The notes: generated by a model not told the origin, from the letters alone. A stretch of 34,814 nt of DNA from Candidatus Thalassarchaeaceae archaeon (GCA_965659915.1 CBFHYB010000006.1:1-34814), one strand, 5' to 3'. Shown: positions 18,408 through 28,633, numbered from the stretch's first letter. Numbers and translations: made by a program.

Positions 18408-18420
18408 TTGAAAACTCAAT

Positions 18421-20181
18421 TTAATGGACGGGGTCTGGAATTAGTTTTCCTAGTAATCCAACATCGAACTCGCCTGCCTGAATTGGAACTCTCAGTTCAA
18501 ATAAGTCAGCGATTGCAGGGTCTATTTCTCCACAACTACCAACTTTTTTACCGTTGATTAAAATGTCAGCACCTCTTCCTTCTAACCAAGGTCCATCCCC
18601 TAATTTAATGGGCTTGTAGACAATTTCAAGTTCCTCCTGGTTAACTCCTAAATCTCTTAACAATGCCTGAGCAATACCCTTCGCACCGGTGAATCCAGTA
18701 CCAACTTCGGCACAACCCCAAGCCACTCTGTCGTTGTTATTGTGGTCATGTACTACTGTCCCTAACTCATACACTCTTTGTGGTAGTTCATGGTGGCGGT
18801 TTGCTGCTAAAAGTCTGAGTAAACTTGGAAGAATGTATTGCCTCATAATCGTATGTTCAATTGTGATTGGATTATGCAATTCAGTCACATCACCGGTGCC
18901 TTTTTGCCTCATTTTAGTGAATTGGTCATCTTCATTCGATAATGTAAGTGATTGAATCTGCTGTAATCCACAACCCTGCAAACTCTCTCTGATCCTTCTG
19001 TGCAGTGTCATCTTTGCAAGTGGTTTTCCAGCGATGGTTTGCATTGAATTTGCCACCCCTAAATCTTCGAAACCAATTCCAGTGGCTACTTCTTCCACTA
19101 AGTCGACAGGGTGAAGGATGTCTGAGCGCCATCTTGGCATTTCAATTAGATATTCATCGCTTCCAACTGCTGCATCAGCCCACCTCTCTGAAACAAGTGG
19201 TCCATCAGTCACCACTCGCCTACGTATGAAGCGGCCACCCATTCGATTGATTGCTTGAGAAATTTCAGAATCACTAAACTCTCTTCCGAGTACATTTTCT
19301 AGTAGTGATTTTGGTAATTTATGGGTTTGTGGTGAGCCATTTGGGCAAATTGACAAATCGCCATTCCACCCTGTCAACTCAATGCTCTCTATGGTGCCGC
19401 CACGAACCGCCATGGATAGACATACAAGAAGTAAAGACGCTTCACATGCTTTCTCATCCCAACCAGTAACATCAATGAAGAAATCTGTAGTTCCTTCGGT
19501 TACAGTCGTGTGAGCACCATTGATTATTGGCGGGAATGAAAGCACATCTCCAGAAGCATCTAGAATAACGGGGAATTTTTCAAAGCCATCAAGGAGATGT
19601 GCATAATCAACACCTTTGGGATGTTCGCTAAGAATATCTGAGATGGTCATCTCATCATCCATTGCTAGAGGTATGAATTTGTAATTTGATTCAACAGTTT
19701 TGACTCGGAAAGGTGGCTTAAGTTTCGATAGGTCGTGAACTCCTATTGAAGAGCGCTTTCGCCCCCTACCTAATGCGAAGTGTAACTTTTCTTGGTGGTC
19801 CATCAACCCCTGGATGAATTGGCCCCGAGCTTCACTGGTGTGGCCAGTATCTACACCCCTTACTACTGCTCCATAGATGATTGGACGTACATTTTCCAAT
19901 GATGGGTCAACAGTCATCGTGATAGGGCCAGCATTGACAGGAAGTGTTGGTTCAGCATCTGCATTATGAAGGAATGTTCTAGTGGCGTAAGCCATAGTTT
20001 CGGCACTAAGAAGATCTGGCCGATCTGGAAATACTTCAATTTCAACAGTAGTGTCATCACATTCTTCGACAACGCATCCAATTTTATCCAATTTCTCTTC
20101 CCATAGGGCTGGGTCGTGAGTAATGTTAGCGTTTAGTTGGATAATGTGGAGGTTTTGGTGTTCAAAAGTGACGGTTGGCAT
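18421..20181 (-). CDS. pheT: Phenylalanyl-tRNA synthetase beta subunit (archaeal type)
   Basis: MPTV, PDRPDLLS, QEKLH...GR.R...SIGVHD, VLSFPPIING, PRWRSDILHPVDLVEEVA and NP...E..IMR..ILPSLL. ATG at 20181 with GGAGA upstream. Confidence 0.96.
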   Translation of the reverse strand: MPTVTFEHQNLHIIQLNANITHDPALWEEKLDKIGCVVEECDDTTVEIEVFPDRPDLLSAETMAYATRTFLHNADAEPTLPVNAGPITMTVDPSLENVRPIIYGAVVRGVDTGHTSEARGQFIQGLMDHQEKLHFALGRGRKRSSIGVHDLSKLKPPFRVKTVESNYKFIPLAMDDEMTISDILSEHPKGVDYAHLLDGFEKFPVILDASGDVLSFPPIINGAHTTVTEGTTDFFIDVTGWDEKACEASLLLVCLSMAVRGGTIESIELTGWNGDLSICPNGSPQTHKLPKSLLENVLGREFSDSEISQAINRMGGRFIRRRVVTDGPLVSERWADAAVGSDEYLIEMPRWRSDILHPVDLVEEVATGIGFEDLGVANSMQTIAGKPLAKMTLHRRIRESLQGCGLQQIQSLTLSNEDDQFTKMRQKGTGDVTELHNPITIEHTIMRQYILPSLLRLLAANRHHELPQRVYELGTVVHDHNNNDRVAWGCAEVGTGFTGAKGIAQALLRDLGVNQEELEIVYKPIKLGDGPWLEGRGADILINGKKVGSCGEIDPAIADLFELRVPIQAGEFDVGLLGKLIPDPVH

Positions 20182-20195
20182 TCCAACATCTCCCT

Positions 20196-21770
20196 TCACT
20201 GGCCAAGCCATTGTGGCATTGGTCTATCATAACCGGCTAAACGAATCCCAGTCATATTCGCAGTGTCTGAGTCTAAAGCCCTCAGGTGACGGCGATTGAG
20301 TTGGTCAATTCCATCTTCACCAATTTCTACTAATCGACCTCTAATTTCAGAATCCAAAGTTGCTAGCCAATTCTCAACAGCCTCTGCTTTTCCTTTGTCT
20401 GTCTTAGGTGTTTCAGAATTTGCAAATGGATTAGTGACGATGAATTGTGCTCCAGCAGCAGCGATTATCAGTGCATCAGTCGCCCCTGCTTCCCAGGGTA
20501 TTGAAACTCCTTGTGACACTCCTTTGCGAGTCAACTGATGCTCCCTTGCAGAAAGTCCAACCATTGGGAGAACAGCACTGGCTGGTAGGTGGGCGGCGGT
20601 TGCAGAGTCAGCTATCGCGCCGTCACAGTCGAGTGCTGCTGCCATTCTATGAACCATTGAAATTCGGTCTACTCCTCCGCCAAGAAGAATGAATTTATCA
20701 TCAGCAAGTCTAGATTTTACCAATGCAATCATTGCATCTAATTCAGCATCGTTCATGCGTGGTAAATCATCTAGGCAAATTACCGCTCCAGCAGCGCTAC
20801 TCAATCCATCTGTACAATCATGAAGATTGTTTTCACTAATTCTCAGTAAGTCAATTTCTCTTGGGTGAGAATTTACTATGCATGGTTGGCGATTTAGGAA
20901 ATCACCCTTCAATCCCTTCCCGCTCTCGAGGCGCGGGAAGACAGGTAAAGGGAGTAACATGCCCTTTTCTTCACCTCTTAGTTGTAATAGCGTCAACAAA
21001 TCAAGTGGGGCATGTTCGTGAAGTCTAGGGTTGCCACCCGAAACAATTGTTATGGCATCAAATTGAGAGTCAATCCCTCTCGTTGGCATTGAAACGGTTG
21101 TTGAATGCTCAGTATCTGTGACTATCAAAGCAGCATCTGAATCAATTTTGAGATTGATGTCCTCTAGCAATTCATTGATTTCAGTTAATTTTTCACTGCT
21201 TAGTGCAATACTTGTTGCTCCTTCTCCAGGTGGTGGGCACCTCCCATTAACGATGATTTGCCCACCTTTCATATTGGTTCCAATATCAGATGCTGCATCT
21301 CCCATGATAACCAATGTGCCGCCTTTCATGCCTGCTCCGGCTCGCTTTCCAGCCGAACCCCGAACAACCACTAATCCTCCTGACATTCCTGCACCGGTTT
21401 CGGCCCCAGATGATGCGTGGCAGATAATTTGCCCATCTTCTTGTTTCAAGCCAAGGCGAGCCCCACATTGTTGCTCAACAACGAGTTTCGCTCCTCTATT
21501 CCAAGCGCCAAACCAACCGCCCGCCTCGCCTTCAAGTGTGAAATTACCGCCTTCTGCACAAATTGCTGCTAAATCTCCGATGTTACCAAGCAGGCGGACC
21601 CTTGCTCCAACTGGAAGATGTGAAGCAACTCCCATCTCTCCATTCCGAGGTTTTGGGTCATCTCCTCGACCCCAGCCGATTTTAATCGCTTTGTTTGATT
21701 CAAGTGCGCGAACGAGTAGCGCATCGAGTTCACGATTCAACTGAATACTCTTCTCAACCATCTCCCGCAT
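20196..21770 (-). CDS. Glutamate-synthase-like fusion: GXGXG (GltB3/FwdC-type) beta-helix + degenerate FMN-binding (GltB2-like) domain
   Basis: N-terminal repeats GAETGAGMSGGLVVVRGSAGKRAGAGMKGGTLVIMGDAASDIGTNMKGGQIIVNG. C-terminus AVENWL..L..EI...L..IG...I.QL...HLRALD...A.MTGIRLAG resembles GltB2/GlxD ends. Confidence 0.7.
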   Translation of the reverse strand: MREMVEKSIQLNRELDALLVRALESNKAIKIGWGRGDDPKPRNGEMGVASHLPVGARVRLLGNIGDLAAICAEGGNFTLEGEAGGWFGAWNRGAKLVVEQQCGARLGLKQEDGQIICHASSGAETGAGMSGGLVVVRGSAGKRAGAGMKGGTLVIMGDAASDIGTNMKGGQIIVNGRCPPPGEGATSIALSSEKLTEINELLEDINLKIDSDAALIVTDTEHSTTVSMPTRGIDSQFDAITIVSGGNPRLHEHAPLDLLTLLQLRGEEKGMLLPLPVFPRLESGKGLKGDFLNRQPCIVNSHPREIDLLRISENNLHDCTDGLSSAAGAVICLDDLPRMNDAELDAMIALVKSRLADDKFILLGGGVDRISMVHRMAAALDCDGAIADSATAAHLPASAVLPMVGLSAREHQLTRKGVSQGVSIPWEAGATDALIIAAAGAQFIVTNPFANSETPKTDKGKAEAVENWLATLDSEIRGRLVEIGEDGIDQLNRRHLRALDSDTANMTGIRLAGYDRPMPQWLGQ

Positions 21771-21953
21771 GGTACTACCTCTACCCCCTTGGATACCACT
21801 TTGTTATTGATGCTGACGCACGAAGTGGTGGGTGATTTTGCTAATTAACGCCCTTTGGGCGATGGCCCAAACTACATCTTGTAGGTCATTTTTTGATTAG
21901 TGAATCATTATTTTTTATCCGTGATGTTCATAGATTGGTGGCTATCGCAATGG

Positions 21954-21969
21954 GTTGCCGGCAACGGCA
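21954..21969 (+). promoter_or_regulatory. Perfect 12-bp palindrome GTTGCCGGCAAC overlapping a TGCCG-GCAA-CGGCA GNRA hairpin upstream of gap
   Basis: Read directly; lies ~20 nt after the TATA-like TTCATAGA (21927-21934) and 15-30 nt before the gap ATG. Confidence 0.45.
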
Positions 21970-21983
21970 TGTGTGGTCAGTGA

Positions 21984-23024
21984 ATGTCGAAAATCAAGGT
22001 CGCAATAAACGGATTTGGAACTATTGGGAAGCGAGTGGCTGATGCTGTTGACGCTCAAGACGATATGGAAATCGTTGGCGTAACAAAAACTGGCCCTTCA
22101 TTTGGTTGTGATTTAGCAGTCAAGAAAGGATTTCCACTGTATTGTACCTTTGACGAACCAGACAGAATTGCTCGTTTCGCCGAACAAGGTTATGTTTGCT
22201 CAGGCGGTCTTTCTGACTTACTTGCAATCGCCGATGTAGTTGTTGATTGTTCACCCGGAAAAATGGGTGCAGAAAATCTTGCAAAATACCAAGCTGCAGG
22301 GGTGAAATACATGTTCCAAGGAGGTGAAAAGCACTCTCTTACTGGTCGCTCATACACAAGTTCTGCCAACCATGCTGAGAATCTTAATGTCGAAGGAACA
22401 CGAGTAGTATCTTGCAACACAACAGGGCTTTCAAGGACATTAGTTCCTTTGTATGAACACTGCGGTTCACTAAAAGTTGAATGCACTATGATTCGAAGAG
22501 CTGCCGACCCAGGTGATTCAGGTAAGGGCCCAATAAATGCGATTAAACCGGTGCTTAAAGTGCCAAGCCACCATGGTCCTGATGTGATGACTGTAAAGCC
22601 AGAAATTGAAATTAATTCATTAGCAGTAGCAGTTCCGACCACGATAATGCATGCCCACGCTATAATCGCTGATTTGCCTGCAGGTCATGGCTTGACAACT
22701 GAGAGTATTCTTGACATGTGGCGAGAGACTCCAAGGGTGATCATAATGCATGGCGCTGCAAACAGAATCACTACCACTGCAGAAGTGATGGAAATGGCTC
22801 GTGATATTGGCCGAAAGTGGGGCGATTTGCATGAGATTTTTGTGTGGGAAGATGGTGTATCTTTACAGGGAGACCGCCTGTACTACTTCCAAGCAATTCA
22901 TCAAGAAAGTGACGTAATTCCAGAAAATGTGGACTGTATTCGTGCACTCATGGGGACTGAGAGCGATTGGCAAACAAGTGTTGCAAAAACTGACGCGGCG
23001 ATTGCAGATTACTACAACTTGTGA
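21984..23024 (+). CDS. gap: Glyceraldehyde-3-phosphate dehydrogenase, archaeal type II
   Basis: VAINGFGTIGKRVADAV, FQGGEK, RVVSCNTTGL (catalytic Cys), PSHHGPDV and QAIHQESDVIPENVD. Confidence 0.97.
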   Translation: MSKIKVAINGFGTIGKRVADAVDAQDDMEIVGVTKTGPSFGCDLAVKKGFPLYCTFDEPDRIARFAEQGYVCSGGLSDLLAIADVVVDCSPGKMGAENLAKYQAAGVKYMFQGGEKHSLTGRSYTSSANHAENLNVEGTRVVSCNTTGLSRTLVPLYEHCGSLKVECTMIRRAADPGDSGKGPINAIKPVLKVPSHHGPDVMTVKPEIEINSLAVAVPTTIMHAHAIIADLPAGHGLTTESILDMWRETPRVIIMHGAANRITTTAEVMEMARDIGRKWGDLHEIFVWEDGVSLQGDRLYYFQAIHQESDVIPENVDCIRALMGTESDWQTSVAKTDAAIADYYNL

Positions 23025-23153
23025 TTAATCAACTAATCTTGCTGCCTTGAATACAAGTGTGTTTTCAGGGTTAAAATTCAGAATTAATTCAATGAGCATG
23101 AGACGCTCTTAGAGCGTCAACCATCAAAAGGGGTGCATTGAGTCGCCAAGTCA

Positions 23154-26100
23154 ATGCGTCGAGCATTAGCCCCAGTTCTCCTTGTTTTTCTAATGCTCAC
23201 AACATCGTGGGCTAGCATGGCAAATGGCGATGATGAAAACCCTGAAACCGATACGCAACTTGAGCAGTTGACGCCACAATGGACTGCAGAACAAGCGGCT
23301 TTGCAATGGGATAGCATGTCCCCAAACGATGGCCCTCTAGTCCCTCTTGCCGAGTCATCTCACAAAATTCACACCATTTTGGGTTCTTTTGACCCTACTA
23401 GTGAAACTCCACCGTTGCCACCAGAGGCCTATCGTGACCACTTTGATATTGATAACACTAGGTTTGCAATCGTACAACTTGTAGAACATGACTACACTTT
23501 ATTTGAAGAATTGATTACTCGTCTTGGATTAGTGGATTTGGATTACATTCCCGATGACAGTTATTTGGTTAGGTTGCCTGCAGATTCTAGTGCTGCTTTA
23601 TCGGCAATAGAAGAATTGTCTAGTCACCCTTCAATCCGTGCAGTTGTTGTCCAACACCCTGGGTGGAGGGTCAATTCTGATTTAATGCAAATTTCATTGG
23701 ATGCTTTCTCAGGAATTCCTGTCCCTGCAATTGATGTTGATGTAACTCCTGCTGGCGACCTTTCAATTGAACAGATTGAGGGATTACAGGAGCATCTATC
23801 TTCAACTGGGGCCGAAGAAGTTCGTTGTGATGCTTGGTTATGTCAAGTAAAGGGAATAGACCCAGTTTGGATGATAGTCCTTGCTAATGACGGTAGAATC
23901 CTTTTCACAGAACCTAGCAGTAATCTTGTTCTTGCTAATGATTATGCTCGAAACATTGCGAGAATCGATGAAGTCGTAAACAATCACAATAGCGGTTTGG
24001 ATGGCACCGGAGAGGTTGCTGCAATATCTGATTCTGGATTGGATTCAGATCATGGAGATTTCACTGGCAGACTTTTGACTATCTACAATAATTTCGGACC
24101 TGATAATTCAGGTGCTGATACGAATTCCGGACACGGTACTCATGTAGCAGGCATCATGCTGGGTGATGGTTCAGGCGACTCAACCTACCTAGGTATGGCT
24201 CCTGAAACTACCTTCCAATTTTACCAATTGGAGCATGACCAGTCTGGACAATTAGCTCGTTGGGGTTCGTTATACGATATGTTCAGACACTCACGCCAAC
24301 AGTCAGCAGGAGTTCACAGTAATTCTTGGGGGGCTGAAAATATGGGTGGGCAATATACCTCTGATAGCCGGTCAGCCGACGCATTCATGGATGATTACGG
24401 AGATTATACCGTTCTATTTGCAGCAGGTAATGATGGGGCAGCCGGTCAAACTACAGTGTCGCCTCCATCTACTGCCAAGAACGTCCTTACCGTCGGCGCT
24501 TCAACAACCGGCCGTCCATTCACAGCATCTGTTGGTCAAGTTGCATCGTTTTCAAGCCAAGGTAACACACTTGATGGGCGAATCAAACCCGACATAGTCG
24601 CACCTGGTGTGCAAATTTGTTCTGCAAGAGCCGAAGAAGCACAATATCCAGCGGGCCCTTCTTGTTCTAACGCAAGACACGGGAATAATGACCCGATGTA
24701 CATGAAGGCGGATGGAACATCTGCGGCAACACCTGTTGCCGCCGGAGCCACAGTTCTTGTTCGTCAATTCCTACGCGACCACATGAATCTAAATCAACCA
24801 AGAAGCGATTTGATTAGAGCAATTCTGATTAATGGTGCTAAGGATTTGGGTTCAGCAGATATTCCCAATTCTGATGAAGGATGGGGCCAACTTGATTTGC
24901 AACGGAGTATTTACCCAACTAGTGGGATTTTGGCGTTGAATACTTTCTTTGACCAAAATCAATCTCTTACCCCTGGGTATTCGTACTTGTACACATATGG
25001 GATAGATGGTGGTTACGGGTTCTCTGTGACCTTGGTGTGGAATGATCGTGAGGGTTCATCCTCAGCTAGCCAATCTTCCCCACGTTTGGTCAATAATCTC
25101 AATCTGTTGGTGACAGCACCCGACGGTACGTCATACAAGGGCAATGTATTCTCAAATGGATTCTCAACAACCGGAGGCACCTATGATGCTCTAAACAATG
25201 TTGAGAGAGTGAAGGTTGGAAGCACACAATCTGGTAACTGGACAATCCAAGTCTCAAACTCTGGGGGTAACTCACAAAATTATGCAATAGTAATTACTGC
25301 AATGGGTAATGAAAATCCAGTCAGCGATTTGGCGACTGTTTCCTCAAGTTTGTGGGTTTCTTCAAATGAACCATTAGAGAGTGAAACATTGATAATTGGT
25401 GCAAATTGGGTCAATCAAGCCCCTTCAACAACGGCACCATATGATGTTAAAGTTGAAGATTTGACTACCGGAGCAATTCTGTATAATGTTTCAAAGAATG
25501 GACTTGCTGGAGGATCAAGTGACTCCCTAGTTTTCACCCACGCATTTCCTTCAACTGGTTTCCATGACTTACGTCTGACTCTAGATGTTTATGATACGGT
25601 TGATGAACCAAATGACTTCACCTCTGGAATCAATAACAATATCTATGATTTACAAGTGAATGTATCTGCTATAGGGGTTAGAATCACCCCGTATACAGAG
25701 GCAGGCTCGCCGCCGGTTGGTGAAACCGAACTAGAGGCGGCTAAGGTCCGACACATCGACCCATCTGTTGATGATGAGACCACATTTAGGTTAAAGATTG
25801 CAAACGAAGGTACGAGCAATGAGAGTATTGATTTCAGAGTAACTCCGGTTCAACTTCTCCGTGACGATGGGATGTTAGACCCACCTGCTGATGATTGGCT
25901 AAAATTCCTTTCAATTGACCCATTTTACCAACTTGATGCCATGGGTGGAGCGAATAGTGAAATCGTACTTGATTTGACATTAAGAGACGATACAGCAGAC
26001 CTCGGAGCGACACCCTATCCCTTGTTTGCTTTACCTGGTACTTACGTGGTGGATTTGACTGCTTGGTATCGCTCATCTCCTGTGGTTTCACACACTGTCA

Positions 26101-27923
26101 GGTTAACCATTATTGTCGATGATATTGATGGGATGATTACCTCATTAGCAGGTGTTTCAGGACTTACAGCAGTCCCTGGCGAAGAGGCGACTTTTTCAGT
26201 TTCTGTTATGAATCCGGGCAACTCCCCTAGCGTTTACAACATATCATGTGAGACTCCGAATCGATGGACAATTTCACTAGGTGATGGTAATTCATCTAGC
26301 ATAACTCTTGAACCTCTTGCTCGCTTACAATATCTTTCAGTTGCAGTTAGAGTACTGGTTCCTTCAATGTCTGAGGGAGAACCAGCAGCAGGGGTTGTTG
26401 AGGATATCACCTGCATTACGTCGCATGCAACCAATTCAGCGTTATCAGAGACTGATTCAACAACAATTACCGTAGCCGTCTTAGAAGAGTTTGGCACAGA
26501 TTTGTATTCGTCCACGGGCGTTCCTGTTGGTGCGGCAGGAAATGCTCTTGATGAGGCTGTTAATAATGGACAAGATCTCAATTTAACTCTAACAGTTTCA
26601 AATCTTGGAAATGTGCCAATTAATCTCAATGTCAAAGTTACTCCATCCAATCCAAATTGGCCTCTAGGGCTGTTTTGTGGTGCCGATGAGGACGATGATA
26701 CAATTTCATTTTCAATAGAACGTGGGGAATCAATTGATTGTAGAATCCAAGTAATTGTCCCACCTACCGTTTCAAACGGTGATTCCAATACAATCAACAT
26801 TAGAATCCAATTTTCATTATCTAATTTCATTATCAATAGAACAGAACTCAAAGTGGAAGAAAGACCGGAATTAGTTTTGCTGGGGCCACCTCTTGATACA
26901 ATGAATGTGACGCCAGGTAAAACCGCTTATGGCACATTCACAGTTATCAATCAAGGAAATGTTCCGTTGTCACTTACATGGGAATTCGGAAGCGTTCCTG
27001 ATGATTGGCAAGTTGGCTTCAAAACACCTCCTGCAGATGCTCTTGGAATGCATAGGGAAGAGACAGTGCAAATTTCTATACTAATGCCATCTGGTACTCC
27101 AACTGGTTTACTAAGTGAATCACTTACTCTCCTAGTCACTGGTACCACTGCTGGTGGCGAAGAACTTGCTCGTAGTGTGATGGTTTCTCTGATTGGAGAA
27201 AAGAGTGCATGGTTGTCATTATCAGTTGATATAGACGACTTTGAACGAGTAGAGAAAGGCGGTGAAAGGACAGTCAATTTGACAGTCATAAATGATGGCA
27301 ATACCGCTTGCAAGGTTGACTTCGAAACGCTAGCGAATGCAGGTTGGCTCGTGACTGGCTTGTCAACCATTCAGAATCTCGATGCAGGGGAATCAACAGT
27401 GCTTGCAATCTTGATTGTCAATGATGATGGGGTTGGCTCAACTGATGTGGTGATTACAGCAGTACCAACTTCTTCAGTTGATGCTGAATTAATTAATGAC
27501 TCAGCAGAAATCCATTTGTCATCAGCTTCACTTACAGGAGATGACGGAGGATTACTGAATATTTTGGAGGCAGCTGGAGTACCTGGGTGGGCTATAGGAT
27601 TGGTAGCACTAATTTTACTGGCTGGTTTAGCGGGTGCAGTGCTAATGCTTAGGAAAGACTCAAGCACATTTGACTCAGGTGAACAAATCATTTCCTCTGG
27701 TTCAGAAATCTTAGGTAGTGTTGAGCAACGCAGGGATGCTGCACTTGATACTGGAGCTGCACGCGATGATATGGTTTCAGGATCTGTTAGTTCAAAGGAG
27801 ATTACAGAAGCGTTAGCTGCCTCCGGACCAGGGCCTCTCGCAGCCCCTAAGCCGGTCGGCCCCCCTCCTCCGCCCAAAGGCCTACCACCACTTCCTGGTG
27901 GCCCTCTACCACCTCCGAAATGA
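23154..27923 (+). CDS. Membrane-anchored S8 subtilisin-like serine protease (KP-43-like catalytic and beta-barrel domains, CARDB/COG1470-like repeats, TM, Pro-rich tail)
   Basis: Signal peptide; Asp ISDSG, His HGTHVAG, oxyanion FAAGN, AKNVLTVGA, GRIKPDIVAPG, Ser GTSAATP; GWG.LD; LVW.D..LVNNLNL..NNVERV; several NxGN repeats; TM WAIGLVALILLAGLAGAVLML. Confidence 0.93.
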   Translation: MRRALAPVLLVFLMLTTSWASMANGDDENPETDTQLEQLTPQWTAEQAALQWDSMSPNDGPLVPLAESSHKIHTILGSFDPTSETPPLPPEAYRDHFDIDNTRFAIVQLVEHDYTLFEELITRLGLVDLDYIPDDSYLVRLPADSSAALSAIEELSSHPSIRAVVVQHPGWRVNSDLMQISLDAFSGIPVPAIDVDVTPAGDLSIEQIEGLQEHLSSTGAEEVRCDAWLCQVKGIDPVWMIVLANDGRILFTEPSSNLVLANDYARNIARIDEVVNNHNSGLDGTGEVAAISDSGLDSDHGDFTGRLLTIYNNFGPDNSGADTNSGHGTHVAGIMLGDGSGDSTYLGMAPETTFQFYQLEHDQSGQLARWGSLYDMFRHSRQQSAGVHSNSWGAENMGGQYTSDSRSADAFMDDYGDYTVLFAAGNDGAAGQTTVSPPSTAKNVLTVGASTTGRPFTASVGQVASFSSQGNTLDGRIKPDIVAPGVQICSARAEEAQYPAGPSCSNARHGNNDPMYMKADGTSAATPVAAGATVLVRQFLRDHMNLNQPRSDLIRAILINGAKDLGSADIPNSDEGWGQLDLQRSIYPTSGILALNTFFDQNQSLTPGYSYLYTYGIDGGYGFSVTLVWNDREGSSSASQSSPRLVNNLNLLVTAPDGTSYKGNVFSNGFSTTGGTYDALNNVERVKVGSTQSGNWTIQVSNSGGNSQNYAIVITAMGNENPVSDLATVSSSLWVSSNEPLESETLIIGANWVNQAPSTTAPYDVKVEDLTTGAILYNVSKNGLAGGSSDSLVFTHAFPSTGFHDLRLTLDVYDTVDEPNDFTSGINNNIYDLQVNVSAIGVRITPYTEAGSPPVGETELEAAKVRHIDPSVDDETTFRLKIANEGTSNESIDFRVTPVQLLRDDGMLDPPADDWLKFLSIDPFYQLDAMGGANSEIVLDLTLRDDTADLGATPYPLFALPGTYVVDLTAWYRSSPVVSHTVRLTIIVDDIDGMITSLAGVSGLTAVPGEEATFSVSVMNPGNSPSVYNISCETPNRWTISLGDGNSSSITLEPLARLQYLSVAVRVLVPSMSEGEPAAGVVEDITCITSHATNSALSETDSTTITVAVLEEFGTDLYSSTGVPVGAAGNALDEAVNNGQDLNLTLTVSNLGNVPINLNVKVTPSNPNWPLGLFCGADEDDDTISFSIERGESIDCRIQVIVPPTVSNGDSNTINIRIQFSLSNFIINRTELKVEERPELVLLGPPLDTMNVTPGKTAYGTFTVINQGNVPLSLTWEFGSVPDDWQVGFKTPPADALGMHREETVQISILMPSGTPTGLLSESLTLLVTGTTAGGEELARSVMVSLIGEKSAWLSLSVDIDDFERVEKGGERTVNLTVINDGNTACKVDFETLANAGWLVTGLSTIQNLDAGESTVLAILIVNDDGVGSTDVVITAVPTSSVDAELINDSAEIHLSSASLTGDDGGLLNILEAAGVPGWAIGLVALILLAGLAGAVLMLRKDSSTFDSGEQIISSGSEILGSVEQRRDAALDTGAARDDMVSGSVSSKEITEALAASGPGPLAAPKPVGPPPPPKGLPPLPGGPLPPPK

Positions 27924-27998
27924 TATGTTCCTGATAGGGATAAATGAAATCACTTCACAACCGTCGTGCTTATTGAGAAGGGCTATTTCGCCGATAAT

Positions 27999-28619
27999 AT
28001 GAGTCAGTCAATCGTGCTGTTTGGGCCACCCGGTGCAGGCAAGGGTACTCAAGCCGATGCAATAGTTGAGGCAACAGGAAAACCACAGGTATCTACTGGT
28101 GATATGTTGCGGGCTGCTTTAGCGGCTGGAACTCCACTTGGTTTAGAAGCCAAGAAGTACATGGAAGCAGGTGAATTAGTTCCTGATGATGTCATTATCG
28201 GCTTGATTGAAGAGAGAATGCAGCAAGATGATGCTGGAAATGGGGTGCTCTTTGATGGATTCCCAAGAACCATCCCTCAAGCAGAAGCTTTGGCAGAAAT
28301 TGCAGAAGTTTCTTTGGTAATTTCAATAGAAGTTCCAGACGATGAAATTGTTGGAAGAATTGTGGGTAGAAGAATGGATCCTGAAACAGGAGATATTTAC
28401 CACATAACATTCAAGCCAGCACCAGCAGAAATTGCTGACCGCCTCATCCAAAGGAAGGATGACAACGAAGAGGCGGTCAGAACACGCCTTACAGCTTATC
28501 ATAATCAGACTTCACCACTCGCAAAGTGGTATTCAGAAAAGGGATTACTTGCTACAGTCAACGGGAATCAAGCAATGGATGATGTTGGCGCTGAGATTTC
28601 GGCAATAATTGAATCCTGA
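27999..28619 (+). CDS. adk: Adenylate kinase (bacterial-type, LID without Zn cysteines)
   Basis: GPPGAGKGTQ, STGDMLR, GELVPD, FDGFPRT and QRKDDNEE. ATG at 27999. Confidence 0.96.
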   Translation: MSQSIVLFGPPGAGKGTQADAIVEATGKPQVSTGDMLRAALAAGTPLGLEAKKYMEAGELVPDDVIIGLIEERMQQDDAGNGVLFDGFPRTIPQAEALAEIAEVSLVISIEVPDDEIVGRIVGRRMDPETGDIYHITFKPAPAEIADRLIQRKDDNEEAVRTRLTAYHNQTSPLAKWYSEKGLLATVNGNQAMDDVGAEISAIIES

Positions 28620-28633
28620 CAAAAGGTGAAATA

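Noticed and set aside
21118-21744. 208-aa Pro-rich + strand ORF
   Set aside because: Antisense of the Gly-rich GXGXG repeats, which explains the Pro richness.
26234-27877. Several 139-205 aa minus-strand ORFs
   Set aside because: Antisense shadows of the S8 protease gene with no family motifs.
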